Notes: generated by a model not told the origin, from the letters alone. Positions 9,890 to 19,657 are shown, counted from the stretch's first letter. The stretch is 64,000 nt of DNA from Longimicrobiales bacterium (GCA_965226375.1 CBDDCX010000008.1:128001-192000); one strand, 5' to 3'. Numbers and translations: made by a program.

Positions 9890-11501
9890 AGACGGCGCCA
9901 CCTCCTCGACCCCGGAGGGGACCGCCCCGACCGAGCTGAGAGCTTTGCGTGGGCCCGCGGCCGAACCTTCGGCTTCGTACAGAGGGGGCCTGCGGGACGT
10001 GAGTCCCGAAACGCTCTCCCGGGCGACGGGATCACCGGAAATCGCGGGGAACTCCGTGGGCCTACAGTTCGATGGGCCTTACACTTTTGAAGCGTGGATC
10101 GAAGCCATCGAAGCTGCCGAGCGATACGTACACTTCGAGAACTACATCCTGCGGAACGACAAGGTGGGGCGAGTCTTCCGTGACGCCCTGGTCGCGAAGG
10201 CGCGGCAGGGAGTCGAAGTCCGCGTGCTCTACGACTGGGTGGGCTGTTGGGCGACGCCTCGCCGCTACTGGAAACCCTTTCGCGCGGCCGGCGTCGAGGT
10301 GCGCGCCTTCAACCGCCCGTCCGTTCGAGACCCTTATGGCATCATCCAGAGGGACCACCGCAAGCTGGTGGTCGCCGATGGCGCGGTGGCCTTTATCGGG
10401 GGTTTTTGTGTGGGGCAGGAATGGGCGGGCACCGACGACGAACCCCCCTGGCGCGACACTGGAGTGGAGATCCGGGGGCCCGCCGCCGAGGTCGCCGCCC
10501 GGGCCTTCGGACGCATCTGGGACGTGATGGGAGAGCCCCTCCCCAGCCATGCTCTCGCAGGCCGGACTGCCCCGGCAGCTGGGGATACGTCCATCTGGCT
10601 CATCGAGGGCGAGCCCCGTCGAAGTCGTGTGATGAGGACGCTCTCTCTCGTGGCTGCAATGGCCCGGGAGCGCCTGTGGATCACCGATCCCTATTTTGTG
10701 GCGCCGGGCATTGTGGTAGAGGCCATGACCGAGGCTGCGCGGGCGGGTGTGGATGTGCGGCTCCTGGTGCCCGCGAACAACAACTGGCCCCTCGTCGGGA
10801 GCCTGTCGAGAGCCGGATACCGTAACCTGCTGGAGCACGGCGTGCGCCTCTTCGAGTGGCAGGGCCCGATGATCCACGCAAAGAGCGCCGTGGCCGATGG
10901 GGTCTGGTGCCGCGTCGGCTCCAGCAACCTGAACGCCTGGAGTCTGCTGGGGAACTGGGAGATCGATGTCGGCGTTATGGATGCGTCACTTGCCGGGCAG
11001 CTCGAGGGTTTGTTTCTCGCGGATCTGGCGTCTTCATCCGAAATCGTGCTCCCCGGGAGTCGCACAATCCACACCGTCTCGCAGGCACAGCACCTGCCCA
11101 CGCTTACCGAGATTCCCAAGACCCCGCTCGAGCCGGAGGGGGGACTGACGGAGCGACTCGAGGCCTTCATGGAAACGGGAGCCACACGACCCATGCGGCT
11201 TGCTCAGTTCGTGCGTGCCGGGGCCTCTTTCGGAGGAGCTCTCGCCGGCCACCGCACCCTGGGGCGTGAGGATCGGACGATCCTTGGAACCGTGTCTGTC
11301 ATGGCCATCGGAGCCGCCGCCCTCGTCGGGTTCTTTCCGAGAGTGTTCGGGTGGGCCACGGCGTTCATCTTGCTGTGGTTGGGAGTGGTCACGGGTGTTC
11401 GCGCGATATGGCACCGGTGGCATGCTCGCCATAGGGCCGACCGGGGTGGGGAGGTTGAAGGATCACACTCAAAACATGTGGAACACCAGGAAGATAAATG
11501 A
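9876..11501 (+). CDS. cls: Phospholipase D-family cardiolipin synthase
   Basis: Two HKD motifs (HRKLVVAD, HAKSAVAD); start placed at ATG 9876 inside ORF 9726..11501. Confidence 0.88.
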   Translation: MNPPEDGATSSTPEGTAPTELRALRGPAAEPSASYRGGLRDVSPETLSRATGSPEIAGNSVGLQFDGPYTFEAWIEAIEAAERYVHFENYILRNDKVGRVFRDALVAKARQGVEVRVLYDWVGCWATPRRYWKPFRAAGVEVRAFNRPSVRDPYGIIQRDHRKLVVADGAVAFIGGFCVGQEWAGTDDEPPWRDTGVEIRGPAAEVAARAFGRIWDVMGEPLPSHALAGRTAPAAGDTSIWLIEGEPRRSRVMRTLSLVAAMARERLWITDPYFVAPGIVVEAMTEAARAGVDVRLLVPANNNWPLVGSLSRAGYRNLLEHGVRLFEWQGPMIHAKSAVADGVWCRVGSSNLNAWSLLGNWEIDVGVMDASLAGQLEGLFLADLASSSEIVLPGSRTIHTVSQAQHLPTLTEIPKTPLEPEGGLTERLEAFMETGATRPMRLAQFVRAGASFGGALAGHRTLGREDRTILGTVSVMAIGAAALVGFFPRVFGWATAFILLWLGVVTGVRAIWHRWHARHRADRGGEVEGSHSKHVEHQEDK

Positions 11502-12226
11502 CCGATTCGGTTGGCATTCTTGTTGCGTTGATGGCGGGAGTCTTCTCGTTCCTGTCGCCGTGTGTGCTGCCTTTGGTACCGAGCTACTTGTCGTTCGTCA
11601 CGGGGATGTCCCTGGAGGATCTCCAGGACGGAGTGGATCGCAAAGCCACGTTCATGCACTCGCTTCTCTTCGTGGCGGGTTTCAGCATGATCTTCATCAC
11701 ACTCGGTGCGTCCGCCTCTTTCCTGGGGGTGTTCCTCCGCGTCTACGAGGTGTGGATCGCCCGTGTCGGTGGCGTTCTCATCATCATTCTGGGACTTCAC
11801 CTTGCCGGGATCTTCCGCATCGCTCCGCTCATGCGTGAGCGCCGGATTCACGTGAACGACAAGCCTGCCGGGTATATCGGCACGCTGGGTGTCGGCGCCG
11901 CCTTCGGTGCGGGGTGGACCCCCTGCATCGGTCCGGTTCTTGGCGCCATCCTCACCCTGGCAGGCACGCAAGAATCCGTGTGGTCCGGGGTGTTGCTCCT
12001 CAGCGTGTACTCGCTGGGGCTGGCCATCCCGTTCCTCGTTTCGGCCCTGGCTCTGGACCTCTTCCTCGGCACGTTCTCCAAGTTCCGGCGTTTCCTGCCG
12101 GTGGTAGAGAAGGCCTCGGGCGTGATGCTCATCATACTGGGGCTGCTACTGGCGACGGGCTCGTTCACGATCCTGAGCTCGTATCTGGTGCGCTTTACGC
12201 CGGAGTGGGTGCTGCAGAGGATTTAG
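11498..12226 (+). CDS. ccdA: Cytochrome c biogenesis protein CcdA
   Basis: FLSPCVLPLVP and WTPCIGPVLG motifs, multiple TM helices. Confidence 0.93.
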   Translation: MTDSVGILVALMAGVFSFLSPCVLPLVPSYLSFVTGMSLEDLQDGVDRKATFMHSLLFVAGFSMIFITLGASASFLGVFLRVYEVWIARVGGVLIIILGLHLAGIFRIAPLMRERRIHVNDKPAGYIGTLGVGAAFGAGWTPCIGPVLGAILTLAGTQESVWSGVLLLSVYSLGLAIPFLVSALALDLFLGTFSKFRRFLPVVEKASGVMLIILGLLLATGSFTILSSYLVRFTPEWVLQRI

Positions 12227-12789
12227 TGTCCTGTCCCGGCAATACGCTGGCATTGATCTCGCTACGCTTCGATCGTCTCGCGGTCAACTCGGCAATCAAA
12301 AGAAGCGTGCAGGTCGCTCGGCTCGTGGACCGCTGCATCCACCCAGGCCGCGTTGTTCCTCCTCAAAATGGCGGTGCCATTCCTCGTCGTCTCGCCTTGC
12401 CAGGGCGGCGCGACCACCACCACTCGGGAACTCGAGTGCCACCGCCTCCGTCCCGTCATGACGGGCTTCCTGACCCATTTCGGGCCACTGGTGATGCCAG
12501 GGCTCTTGCATGGGGTGTTGGGACGACTGATAGGGTCGTGAGACTGGAGGAAGTTGGTGCGACAGGTTCTCCGGCGGTTGGTGAGCTCCCCCGCTCTCAT
12601 TTCGTCGGGGTGGTCTTCCGTCAGGTCGTACCTCACCACAATGAGTGTGCGGGAAGGAAACTCAAGGCACTGCTGGTGAGGTTTCGGGCCGTGCGGGGAA
12701 TCATGCGCCCGAGGAGATCGGCCATCGACCCAGCCCCCAGGGAGAGGAGACGAGACTGGCCCAGGGCTATATGAGGAGGGACCTTACCC

Positions 12790-13040
12790 CGATTCTCCCT
12801 ACCAGGCAGCCGGAAGACCCCGTCCCACAAGGGCTCCCGCCTGGTAATGGGCGTGTTACCACCCGTTACCACCCCACCGGGAGCGCACTGAGCAAGTGGC
12901 GCTTCTCCTGCCTTCCCTTGGATTCTGGCGAATTCAGACCTACCTGAGTAGGGATCCGATGTCTCGTGTCACCGGGAGAGCACGGGAGACGCCTTCCTGG
13001 GGCTTCCGTGCCTAGGATCAGCCCCCCGCAGCCCGAGTCC
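12790..13040. repeat. Element-end repeat, copy A (~250-bp imperfect direct repeat of 13476-13723)
   Basis: 12943-13026 nearly identical to 13622-13705; TACCAGG-N33-CCTGGTA at 12800-12846 plus TTACCA x2 with 10-bp period. Confidence 0.85.
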
Positions 13041-13154
13041 CCGGCCGACTATCGCAGCACGTCTGAACGCTTCACCCATCTTCTCAACCCGTTCGCCCTC
13101 TTCCTTTCAGAGCTTCCTCGGATCGAGGAACACCGGGTCATTGAACCTGTCCAT
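13041..13154 (-). pseudogene. Disrupted paralog of the adjacent 59-aa protein
   Basis: MDRFNDPVFLDPRKL*KEEGERVEKMGEAFRRA aligns with MGKFDDPVFVDPSKLSPEE...EAWRRA; in-frame TGA at 13109-13107. Confidence 0.6.
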
Positions 13155-13317
13155 CACCAGTCTCAGTTGGAGGAAACAGACCTAGCTCTATGCCCAGGGT
13201 CAAATCCCCGAGATCGATCGCCCGACGCCACGCCTCCCGCCTCAACTCGTGGGCCTTTAGTTCCTCCGGCGATAACTTCGACGGATCGACGAACACCGGA
13301 TCATCGAATTTACCCAT
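13138..13317 (-). CDS. Small hypothetical protein (59 aa)
   Basis: AGGAGG RBS before ATG 13317; has a tandem paralog directly downstream. Confidence 0.6.
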   Translation of the reverse strand: MGKFDDPVFVDPSKLSPEELKAHELRREAWRRAIDLGDLTLGIELGLFPPTETGDGQVQ

Positions 13318-13475
13318 CCCCTGCCTCCTCGGGTGGTGCGAACAGACCAAGCTTATCCATCGCTCCTCTTTTGCTATCCTCCACCTCAAGAGTAATACAC
13401 CTTGAACCTTCGTGGAGTTGTCCCCCCCCCCCACAGTGGACGCCTCATCTCTTGGGAGAAGGGAGTCCAGCTCCC

Positions 13476-13723
13476 CCGATCCCGTTACCAGGCACCCCGA
13501 CAACCCTGTCCGATAAGGGCTTCAGCCTGGTAATAGGGGACTTCCCATCCGTTCCCACCCTAGCCAGCCATCAGGCAGGCCCTTCCGTGCCCTTCCCTGA
13601 ATTCGGTGAATTCATATCTACCCTGAGTAGGGATCCGATGTCTCGTGTCACCGGGAGAGCAAGGGAGACGCCTTCCTGGGGCTTCCGTGCCTAGGACCAG
13701 CCCCCCTAAGCGAGCCCGAGTCC
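13476..13723. repeat. Element-end repeat, copy B, overlapping the integrase stop codon
   Basis: TACCAGG-N33-CCTGGTA at 13486-13532; TTCCCA x2 at the same offsets as in copy A; homology extends into the last integrase codons. Confidence 0.85.
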
Positions 13724-14803
13724 TTCGAGAGCCAGCTGGTGGTGGGTGGAGACGACTGGTGGTGAGTAGACCGCATACCTCATCGTCATGGTGATCGTGG
13801 CATGGCCGAGCTTCTGCTGTAGCTCCACGAGTGGCATCCCGGCCTTAGAGCAGTGGACGGCGTAGGTGTGCCGGAGGTCGTGGAAGCGTACGTCCTCGAG
13901 TTCCGCTGCCTTTCGGGTCTTCTCCCACGCATGTCTAAGTCCACCCTCCGTGACTCCAGGGAAGAGAAGGTCGGAGGGATCGAGCTGGTTCTCCTCCACC
14001 CATCGCTTGAGTTTCGAGAGCGCCTCGCCTGCCAGGGGGATCATCCTCCGAGCTCGGGCCGACTTGCCCTTCTGTACCACGAGGCTCTCAGTCTCGAAGT
14101 TCACGTCGCAGACCCGCAGGGCCAGGATCTCCCCCCTGCGCAGGCCGGTCGCGATCGCCAGCTGAAAGAGGACCCACCAGTCTCCCGCCATCTCTCTGAG
14201 GCGTTCAATCTCCTGGGCGGTAAGCCACCGGGTCCGATGGGCCTCCGGACGGCGCATGGAGAGCGCACCGAAGATCTCCCCTCTGCGCGACTCGCCGAAG
14301 CGCTCTCGCACCAGCCTGGAGATGCCGCTCATCTCACGGCGCTCCGTAGCAGCCGAGAGACCTAGCCTACCGTATAGACGCAGGAACTTTCGCAGATTGT
14401 CGGGATCACTGAGCCACGAGACCCTGGCGTGCCCGGGGGCAAACTCCTCCAAGCGAGCGAGGGCAGGAAGATAGCGCTTGTCCTCTAGGCTGGAGCGAAA
14501 CTCGGCGACCGCGTCTCGCAGCAGAGGATCTTCTGCCTCGCGGGCGAGGTGTTCGAGGGTCCCCTTCACCTTGGCGGTGTGGAGTTCAGTGACCGAGAAC
14601 CTACCCTCGCGCAGGGCATCGAGTAGATCGTGGCGACCGATGGCGGCCAGCTCACGAAGGGTCGCTTCCTGCTGCGCTGCCAAGCTCTTCCTGGTCGTTC
14701 GAGTCGACAGGGGACCGATCCTGCGTCCGTAGCCGTGCGGCTTGAGGTCGACGTAGTAGATGCGCCCGCGTCGGAAAGGCATCAGGTGCCTCCCATCAGG
14801 CAA
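13706..14803 (-). CDS. Tyrosine recombinase / phage-type integrase
   Basis: Catalytic residues intact: TGLRRGE, KGKSAR, FHDLRH, LGH, MRY. Confidence 0.95.
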   Translation of the reverse strand: MPDGRHLMPFRRGRIYYVDLKPHGYGRRIGPLSTRTTRKSLAAQQEATLRELAAIGRHDLLDALREGRFSVTELHTAKVKGTLEHLAREAEDPLLRDAVAEFRSSLEDKRYLPALARLEEFAPGHARVSWLSDPDNLRKFLRLYGRLGLSAATERREMSGISRLVRERFGESRRGEIFGALSMRRPEAHRTRWLTAQEIERLREMAGDWWVLFQLAIATGLRRGEILALRVCDVNFETESLVVQKGKSARARRMIPLAGEALSKLKRWVEENQLDPSDLLFPGVTEGGLRHAWEKTRKAAELEDVRFHDLRHTYAVHCSKAGMPLVELQQKLGHATITMTMRYAVYSPPVVSTHHQLALEGLGLA

Positions 14804-14994
14804 GCGGCCTCATAGGCCACGACATCCGCCCAGCGGTAGCGGCGTGTCTTGGGACCCAGCTTCACAGAGGGCAGCTCGGATTCAGGGATCCGATACACAG
14901 TGTCGCGATGCACCTGCCATCTCTCTGCAATCTCGGCAGCTGTCACCAATGAGTCCCTCCCCGGGTGTCGACGCGGCATCGAAACGGTGTTCAT
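14782..14994 (-). CDS. Excisionase-like helix-turn-helix protein
   Basis: 70 aa LVTAAEIAERWQVHRDTVYR...SVKLG..RRY; overlaps both primase and integrase. Confidence 0.85.
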   Translation of the reverse strand: MNTVSMPRRHPGRDSLVTAAEIAERWQVHRDTVYRIPESELPSVKLGPKTRRYRWADVVAYEAACLMGGT

Positions 14995-17462
14995 CGAGTC
15001 CCCCCATCGGAAAAAGAATGCCGATCGACCCAGGCGAACAATTTCATGGTTATTCGCCTTCCTGAACCGACTGAGCCGGAGTCAGTGCCGGAGTCATCGG
15101 GGTCCGATGCTTCATCCGGCATGAGGCCCCCGTCCTCGTCGACCACATACGCCTCGTTGGCCATAGCCCTCTCGATGTCAGCAGGCCTCGGGATTGGGAT
15201 GGGCTCCAAGCTCACGTCCCGGATGGGTTTGAACTCCCAGGCTCCGCCTTTCTCAGCCCTCCTTGACTCCCAATAGCCCACTTCAACGAGTCTCTTGGAC
15301 CACTTTCGAACGGTCTTATCTTCGGCGATGTTATTGATGCTTGCCGCCGTTATGAGTTCCGGCTGTCGCACCCAGACCTCCTCCCGCCACCTCGTTCCGG
15401 GCCTGCCGGTCGGGGAGAGATTCCTCACTAACTGGTCCAGGGCGGCCGCCGTCTCGTTCAGGCCGCTCATCGAGGGCTCGAGGACGGCCTGAAGCAGGGG
15501 GTAGACCATCGAGTAATCCAAAGCGGTGGCTATGAGATACCCCCCATCGTCTCTCTCTCGGTCGATTTGATGGAGGAGAGCGCAGGCGCGAAGGAGATTC
15601 ATGACTCGTTGGAAGTCCCTTCGAGCCCGAGGGATCCGATCAGGGAAGGACTCCGCGATATGGTGGGCAAAGGGCACCCGAACCTGAGCGGGTTTCAGTT
15701 GGCGCATCGCACACTGCCACACCTGCTGTGTCCGATCCATCTGCTCCTGGTTGCAGCTGACACCTGCCCAGCGCAAAGCCTCCGAGTTGACAACGAGCCG
15801 CGTCAGGTCGCTAGACTCATCGGTGTGGAGGATGAACACCCGCGTCTCGTTCTCATCGTTCACCGCTACACTCGTCGTCGTCGTAATGATGCTCGCCATG
15901 ATGTAGGCTTTGACCGTGTGGGAGCTTCCATCGATTACGGTCAGCCGTTCCACGTGGCCCTCCGACATCGCCTGGCGCACGACGTAGTCGGCCTGCTCCT
16001 CCCCGTGGTTCTCCTGTATGACGAGGACCCCGTCCATGTCCCCGTGATAGATGAGGGCCTGTGGCGAGAGGCCGGTCAGACACCTGCTTCGCTCGGGGGG
16101 AAGCAGGTCGAGGACGCTCCGTACAAGTTGGTTCTTACCAGTCGAGCTCTCGCCTTTGATGATCTCGTGGATCGCGTCGGCATGGCGCATCGCGGTGAGA
16201 CCGGCCACGCCCGCGAGAAGAACCATTCCCCGGTTTACCTCCTCACCGACATGGCCCCTCCTGTCGGTCTCGGCGATCATTTCATCGAGGAGGTTCGGCC
16301 TTCTCAGGAGCTCGCAGGCTAGAGCCTCAATCTCGGGATCGACGGGCTCTGTAGCCTGGTCTGAGTCAGTGTGATCCTGTGTGGAATCGGGACGGGGCTC
16401 AGTGGAATCCCAAACCTCCGCAGGTCGATCGACTCCGGCCTCCTTGAGAATCCGACGGACCTCTGTGCCGATCGTGGCCTCAAGGGTGGATGGGGGATTC
16501 TCACGGCGCCATTGCCGAATGCTCTCGAGTGTGAGGTGAAGTAGAGCAGGCGAAAAGCCTTCTGAGAGGGACCGAACTCCCAGGCCCTCCAGCAATTCCT
16601 CTGGTGTGGAGGTGGGTGGGTAGCGGGTGATCCCTTTCGCGATGCGTCGGACCTCCTCCACTGAGAGCGGAGGGCTGCAGTTGGCCTGATTGAGGCGCCC
16701 GATAACCTCGAGAATCTTCTCACTGGAAAGTCCATCCCGCCGAAGCTTCCCCGCATGGCTCACCAGCCGAGTGTTCCGCTCGCCCTCATGCCAAGCCTTA
16801 TCCCCGTTGCCCTCGGAGGTCGAGTGAGAGACGGTATGAGACGTGATCAGTTTAAGCAGCCACGCCGGCAGGGCTGCTAGCTCGATTTCGTCGGGAGAAC
16901 AGCCAGGTGCCCACGCGTATCGCTCCCCACTGATGTGGCGACTCGGCGGGGCAACGATGTACCCGCCATCACCTCGGACATCCAAGCCGGGCCGGAATCC
17001 GGCCCGGTTCCTCACCGGAGTACCAGGGTGCTGGAAAAGGTAGTGTCGGCCCCCTCCCCCGGTGCGCTGCTGAACTGTGGCGGGCAGGGGACCGTGTAGG
17101 GCTTCGAGCTGGGCTAGAGACTCATCGCCTCCGTGGTCCGGATCGATGTCGAGCACGATCAGCCCGGACTCGGCACCCGTGCGAATCCCGACGTTCGCAT
17201 CCGGCCATTCCCGCCACCAGCCACGGATCTGGTCCGGATCGGTAGATGCATCATGGAGCCCCCTGTGCGTATAAGGACGCTTTCCGGGGCTCGAGCAGTC
17301 CTCGTCTCCGCACGAGCAGCTGCCATCTTCTCCGGGGCTATGCAGGGGCAGGACGGCAAGGCCGTGGTGGTTGTAGCCGAGGGCTGCCTCCATGATTTGA
17401 AGCCCCGGCGGCGCTGGTTCTTCGTGAGGGTGGACATTGGTCCTGTCGTCTCGGTCGTTCAT
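14991..17462 (-). CDS. Bifunctional DNA primase/polymerase + PriCT + P-loop NTPase/helicase (replication protein)
   Basis: Prim-Pol motifs WPDANVGIRTG, VLDIDP, TGGGGRHYLF, DVRGDGGYIVAPPS; PriCT EGERN; Walker A GESSTGKN; GGAGG RBS before ATG 17462. Confidence 0.88.
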   Translation of the reverse strand: MNDRDDRTNVHPHEEPAPPGLQIMEAALGYNHHGLAVLPLHSPGEDGSCSCGDEDCSSPGKRPYTHRGLHDASTDPDQIRGWWREWPDANVGIRTGAESGLIVLDIDPDHGGDESLAQLEALHGPLPATVQQRTGGGGRHYLFQHPGTPVRNRAGFRPGLDVRGDGGYIVAPPSRHISGERYAWAPGCSPDEIELAALPAWLLKLITSHTVSHSTSEGNGDKAWHEGERNTRLVSHAGKLRRDGLSSEKILEVIGRLNQANCSPPLSVEEVRRIAKGITRYPPTSTPEELLEGLGVRSLSEGFSPALLHLTLESIRQWRRENPPSTLEATIGTEVRRILKEAGVDRPAEVWDSTEPRPDSTQDHTDSDQATEPVDPEIEALACELLRRPNLLDEMIAETDRRGHVGEEVNRGMVLLAGVAGLTAMRHADAIHEIIKGESSTGKNQLVRSVLDLLPPERSRCLTGLSPQALIYHGDMDGVLVIQENHGEEQADYVVRQAMSEGHVERLTVIDGSSHTVKAYIMASIITTTTSVAVNDENETRVFILHTDESSDLTRLVVNSEALRWAGVSCNQEQMDRTQQVWQCAMRQLKPAQVRVPFAHHIAESFPDRIPRARRDFQRVMNLLRACALLHQIDRERDDGGYLIATALDYSMVYPLLQAVLEPSMSGLNETAAALDQLVRNLSPTGRPGTRWREEVWVRQPELITAASINNIAEDKTVRKWSKRLVEVGYWESRRAEKGGAWEFKPIRDVSLEPIPIPRPADIERAMANEAYVVDEDGGLMPDEASDPDDSGTDSGSVGSGRRITMKLFAWVDRHSFSDGGTR

Positions 17463-17639
17463 ATCAACCTCCACACTGAGCGTGTATACTCTCCCCTACA
17501 CCCCTCTATCGTCTTCTTAACGGCTTAAGTAAAATCATTAAGATCTAGGGTATGAATGCGAGGATACCAGAGGACGTCTGGTCACTTGCCTTGAAGCTTG
17601 TGGCCGGGTGCCTAGACGTACGTGGCCGGGAGGTCGAGC
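17462..17639. repeat. 178-bp direct repeat, copy 1
   Basis: Identical to 18091-18268 except one mismatch (17618 G / 18247 A). Confidence 0.95.
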
Positions 17640-18090
17640 CAATGCACCGCTCAACTTCTCGCTGACCTCGGCGTGACCCGCTCGTTGAGCCGGCCTCAGG
17701 TGTCGGATGACAACCCGTTTTCCGAGGCTCAGTTCAAAACCTTGAAGTACCATCCCTCGTTTCCCGGACGGTTCGGGGATCAGGGCCAAGCCAAGACGTT
17801 CTGTCGATCGTTCTTCCGCTGGTACAATGCCGAGCACCGCCATGGCGGCATCTCGATGCTAACCCCCGAGCAGGTCCACTTCGGGAACGCCGATCAGGTC
17901 ATTGCCGGCAGGAAATCCGTGCTCCGCGAAGCATGGGCCGCTCATCCCGAACGCTTCGTCAGAGGTGTGCCGAAGCCCAAACCGCTCCCGGAGGCCGTCT
18001 TCATCAATCCTCCCATCCCTTCCCTCACCACACAGGACATTGCTCTCTAATTAATCCCGTAGAGTGTCCCATTGTCGTTGACAGGTTCCG
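17640..18090 (+). mobile_element. 3' remnant of an IS3-like DDE insertion sequence, including its right end
   Basis: LLADLGVTRSLSRPQVSDDNPFSEAQFKTLKY...WYNAEHRHGGI..LTP; stop at 18050; end sequence ...GTTGACAGGTTCCG. Confidence 0.85.
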
Positions 18091-18268
18091 TATCAACCTC
18101 CACACTGAGCGTGTATACTCTCCCCTACACCCCTCTATCGTCTTCTTAACGGCTTAAGTAAAATCATTAAGATCTAGGGTATGAATGCGAGGATACCAGA
18201 GGACGTCTGGTCACTTGCCTTGAAGCTTGTGGCCGGGTGCCTAGACATACGTGGCCGGGAGGTCGAGC
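18091..18268. repeat. 178-bp direct repeat, copy 2
   Basis: See copy 1; contains the AT-rich divergent promoter region and the start of ORF 18181. Confidence 0.95.
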
Positions 18269-18768
18269 GGAGGGCTCGCCTCCTTGCCCAGGACCTATGG
18301 GCTGACCGGGAGCGGATATGTCACGTGTTGAAGCCAGGCCTTCAGGAATCAGAGGCTGAGCAGGGATGGGAGGCCAAGACACTCTGGGAGGATCCGCCGA
18401 CCGGGATTTCTCAGTCAACCGGTGATGCCGTTCGGTTCGCCCGGACGTCGCTGCGGGGCAAGGCTGACCCGTGTGGCGAATTTATTCCTACTCCGTCTGT
18501 TCAGGTTCGCATAGATCGGCCTCTTCGCGTTAGCGACCTGGATAGACTGCGTAGCGAGGTCAACGCTCGTCTAGGTTACCGCAGCAGGGGAGCCCAGGAG
18601 CGCCGATGTCTGGAGCACATCGTGGAACAGGAATTGGGCCTCGAGGAGCGTGATTCACGCAAGGGTAGTTGGGAGAAAGTCGACGAACGATGGGTCGGCC
18701 ACGGCCAAGAATCCAAGAACTGGCAAGCTCACATGATGTGTTATCGACGCCTTAAGGGCCTAGTGTAG
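18181..18768 (+). CDS. Hypothetical protein divergent from the primase (possible element regulator)
   Basis: 195-aa ORF following an AT-rich promoter-like segment. Confidence 0.6.
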   Translation: MNARIPEDVWSLALKLVAGCLDIRGREVERRARLLAQDLWADRERICHVLKPGLQESEAEQGWEAKTLWEDPPTGISQSTGDAVRFARTSLRGKADPCGEFIPTPSVQVRIDRPLRVSDLDRLRSEVNARLGYRSRGAQERRCLEHIVEQELGLEERDSRKGSWEKVDERWVGHGQESKNWQAHMMCYRRLKGLV

Positions 18769-18946
18769 CGCCCGGGCCCCAGGCCACGACCACCCACAGC
18801 ACGGCACTCTAGGGCCCTCAGTGAATCAGGAGTGAATTCAGGGCCATCCAAATGGGGACTGGAGTTCCAGAAGCCACCGGAGGGCAAGGGGAGACACCTC
18901 GACAGCCATGCGGTGCACCGGGGGGGGGGAGAGCTCAGTGGGTTGG

Positions 18947-19594
18947 TTATACAGCCCGGATCACGAGGCAAGGCTCCGCAAGTATGCCAACATCGTCCGT
19001 CCAGCACGAACGGAGCAGAGCTGCCCCGACTAGGGATTGAACTTCATCCTCATGGATCGCATTCACGCGGTTGACGTCGGGCAGCGCATGGAGAAACGCT
19101 TCGACTGCCAACTTCGCATCGCGAGCGTGCAGGTCCTCACCTCCGGCCGCCTTGGCGTCCCCCGACACAAACGCCTCCCACAGGAAGAGGCCCGGACCAT
19201 CCTCCGGCGTCTGGTCCCATCGCAGATAACTCGGCGGAACGTCTCCGAGGGTTCGTCGGACTTCCCTTCGGACTTCCCTAAGGATCCACGGAACCTGGGT
19301 CAGACCAACGGCCAGGACGGCACACCCTGCGCCTGCACTCCACGGACGATTCCCGTCCCCGCGACGCCCGCTGGTCAGCTCTTCGGGGCGCTCCCGCAGG
19401 GGCACGAAAAGCGGACACTCGAAGCCGAGTGCCACGAGCGCCCCGGAACGGAGGTCGTCCGCCACCGCCTGGACGAGCTTCTCGATGGAGTCCTCTAGGA
19501 GGAAATCATCCGACTGCGGCTGACCTCTGGCCCAACCGAACCGGCCCCGCTTCACCGATCCGACATCGGCACAGAAGACCACGAGACCGGGCAT
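18947..19594 (-). CDS. Uncharacterised protein, predicted RNase H-like / DUF429-like nuclease
   Basis: Spaced acidic motifs VFCADVGS, ALGFECPL, LWEAF, HARDA resemble the DUF429 pattern; fold assignment is inference. Confidence 0.6.
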   Translation of the reverse strand: MPGLVVFCADVGSVKRGRFGWARGQPQSDDFLLEDSIEKLVQAVADDLRSGALVALGFECPLFVPLRERPEELTSGRRGDGNRPWSAGAGCAVLAVGLTQVPWILREVRREVRRTLGDVPPSYLRWDQTPEDGPGLFLWEAFVSGDAKAAGGEDLHARDAKLAVEAFLHALPDVNRVNAIHEDEVQSLVGAALLRSCWTDDVGILAEPCLVIRAV

Positions 19595-19657
19595 GGAAGG
19601 GCCGCCTAGGTAAGCGCCAGATGAATCCTGGTCGGCGGCGGATACGGATACCCCGAT

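Noticed and set aside
12227..12790. tRNA/tmRNA integration target or real CDS (ORFs 11914..12774, 12262..12639)
   Set aside because: No T-loop or cloverleaf found; the ORFs have no recognisable motifs and look like decayed sequence
12790..13723. Repeats as a CRISPR array or integron attC sites
   Set aside because: Only two long copies, no regular spacers, no cas genes, no RYYYAAC/GTTRRRY ends; the integrase shows no recognisable IntI features
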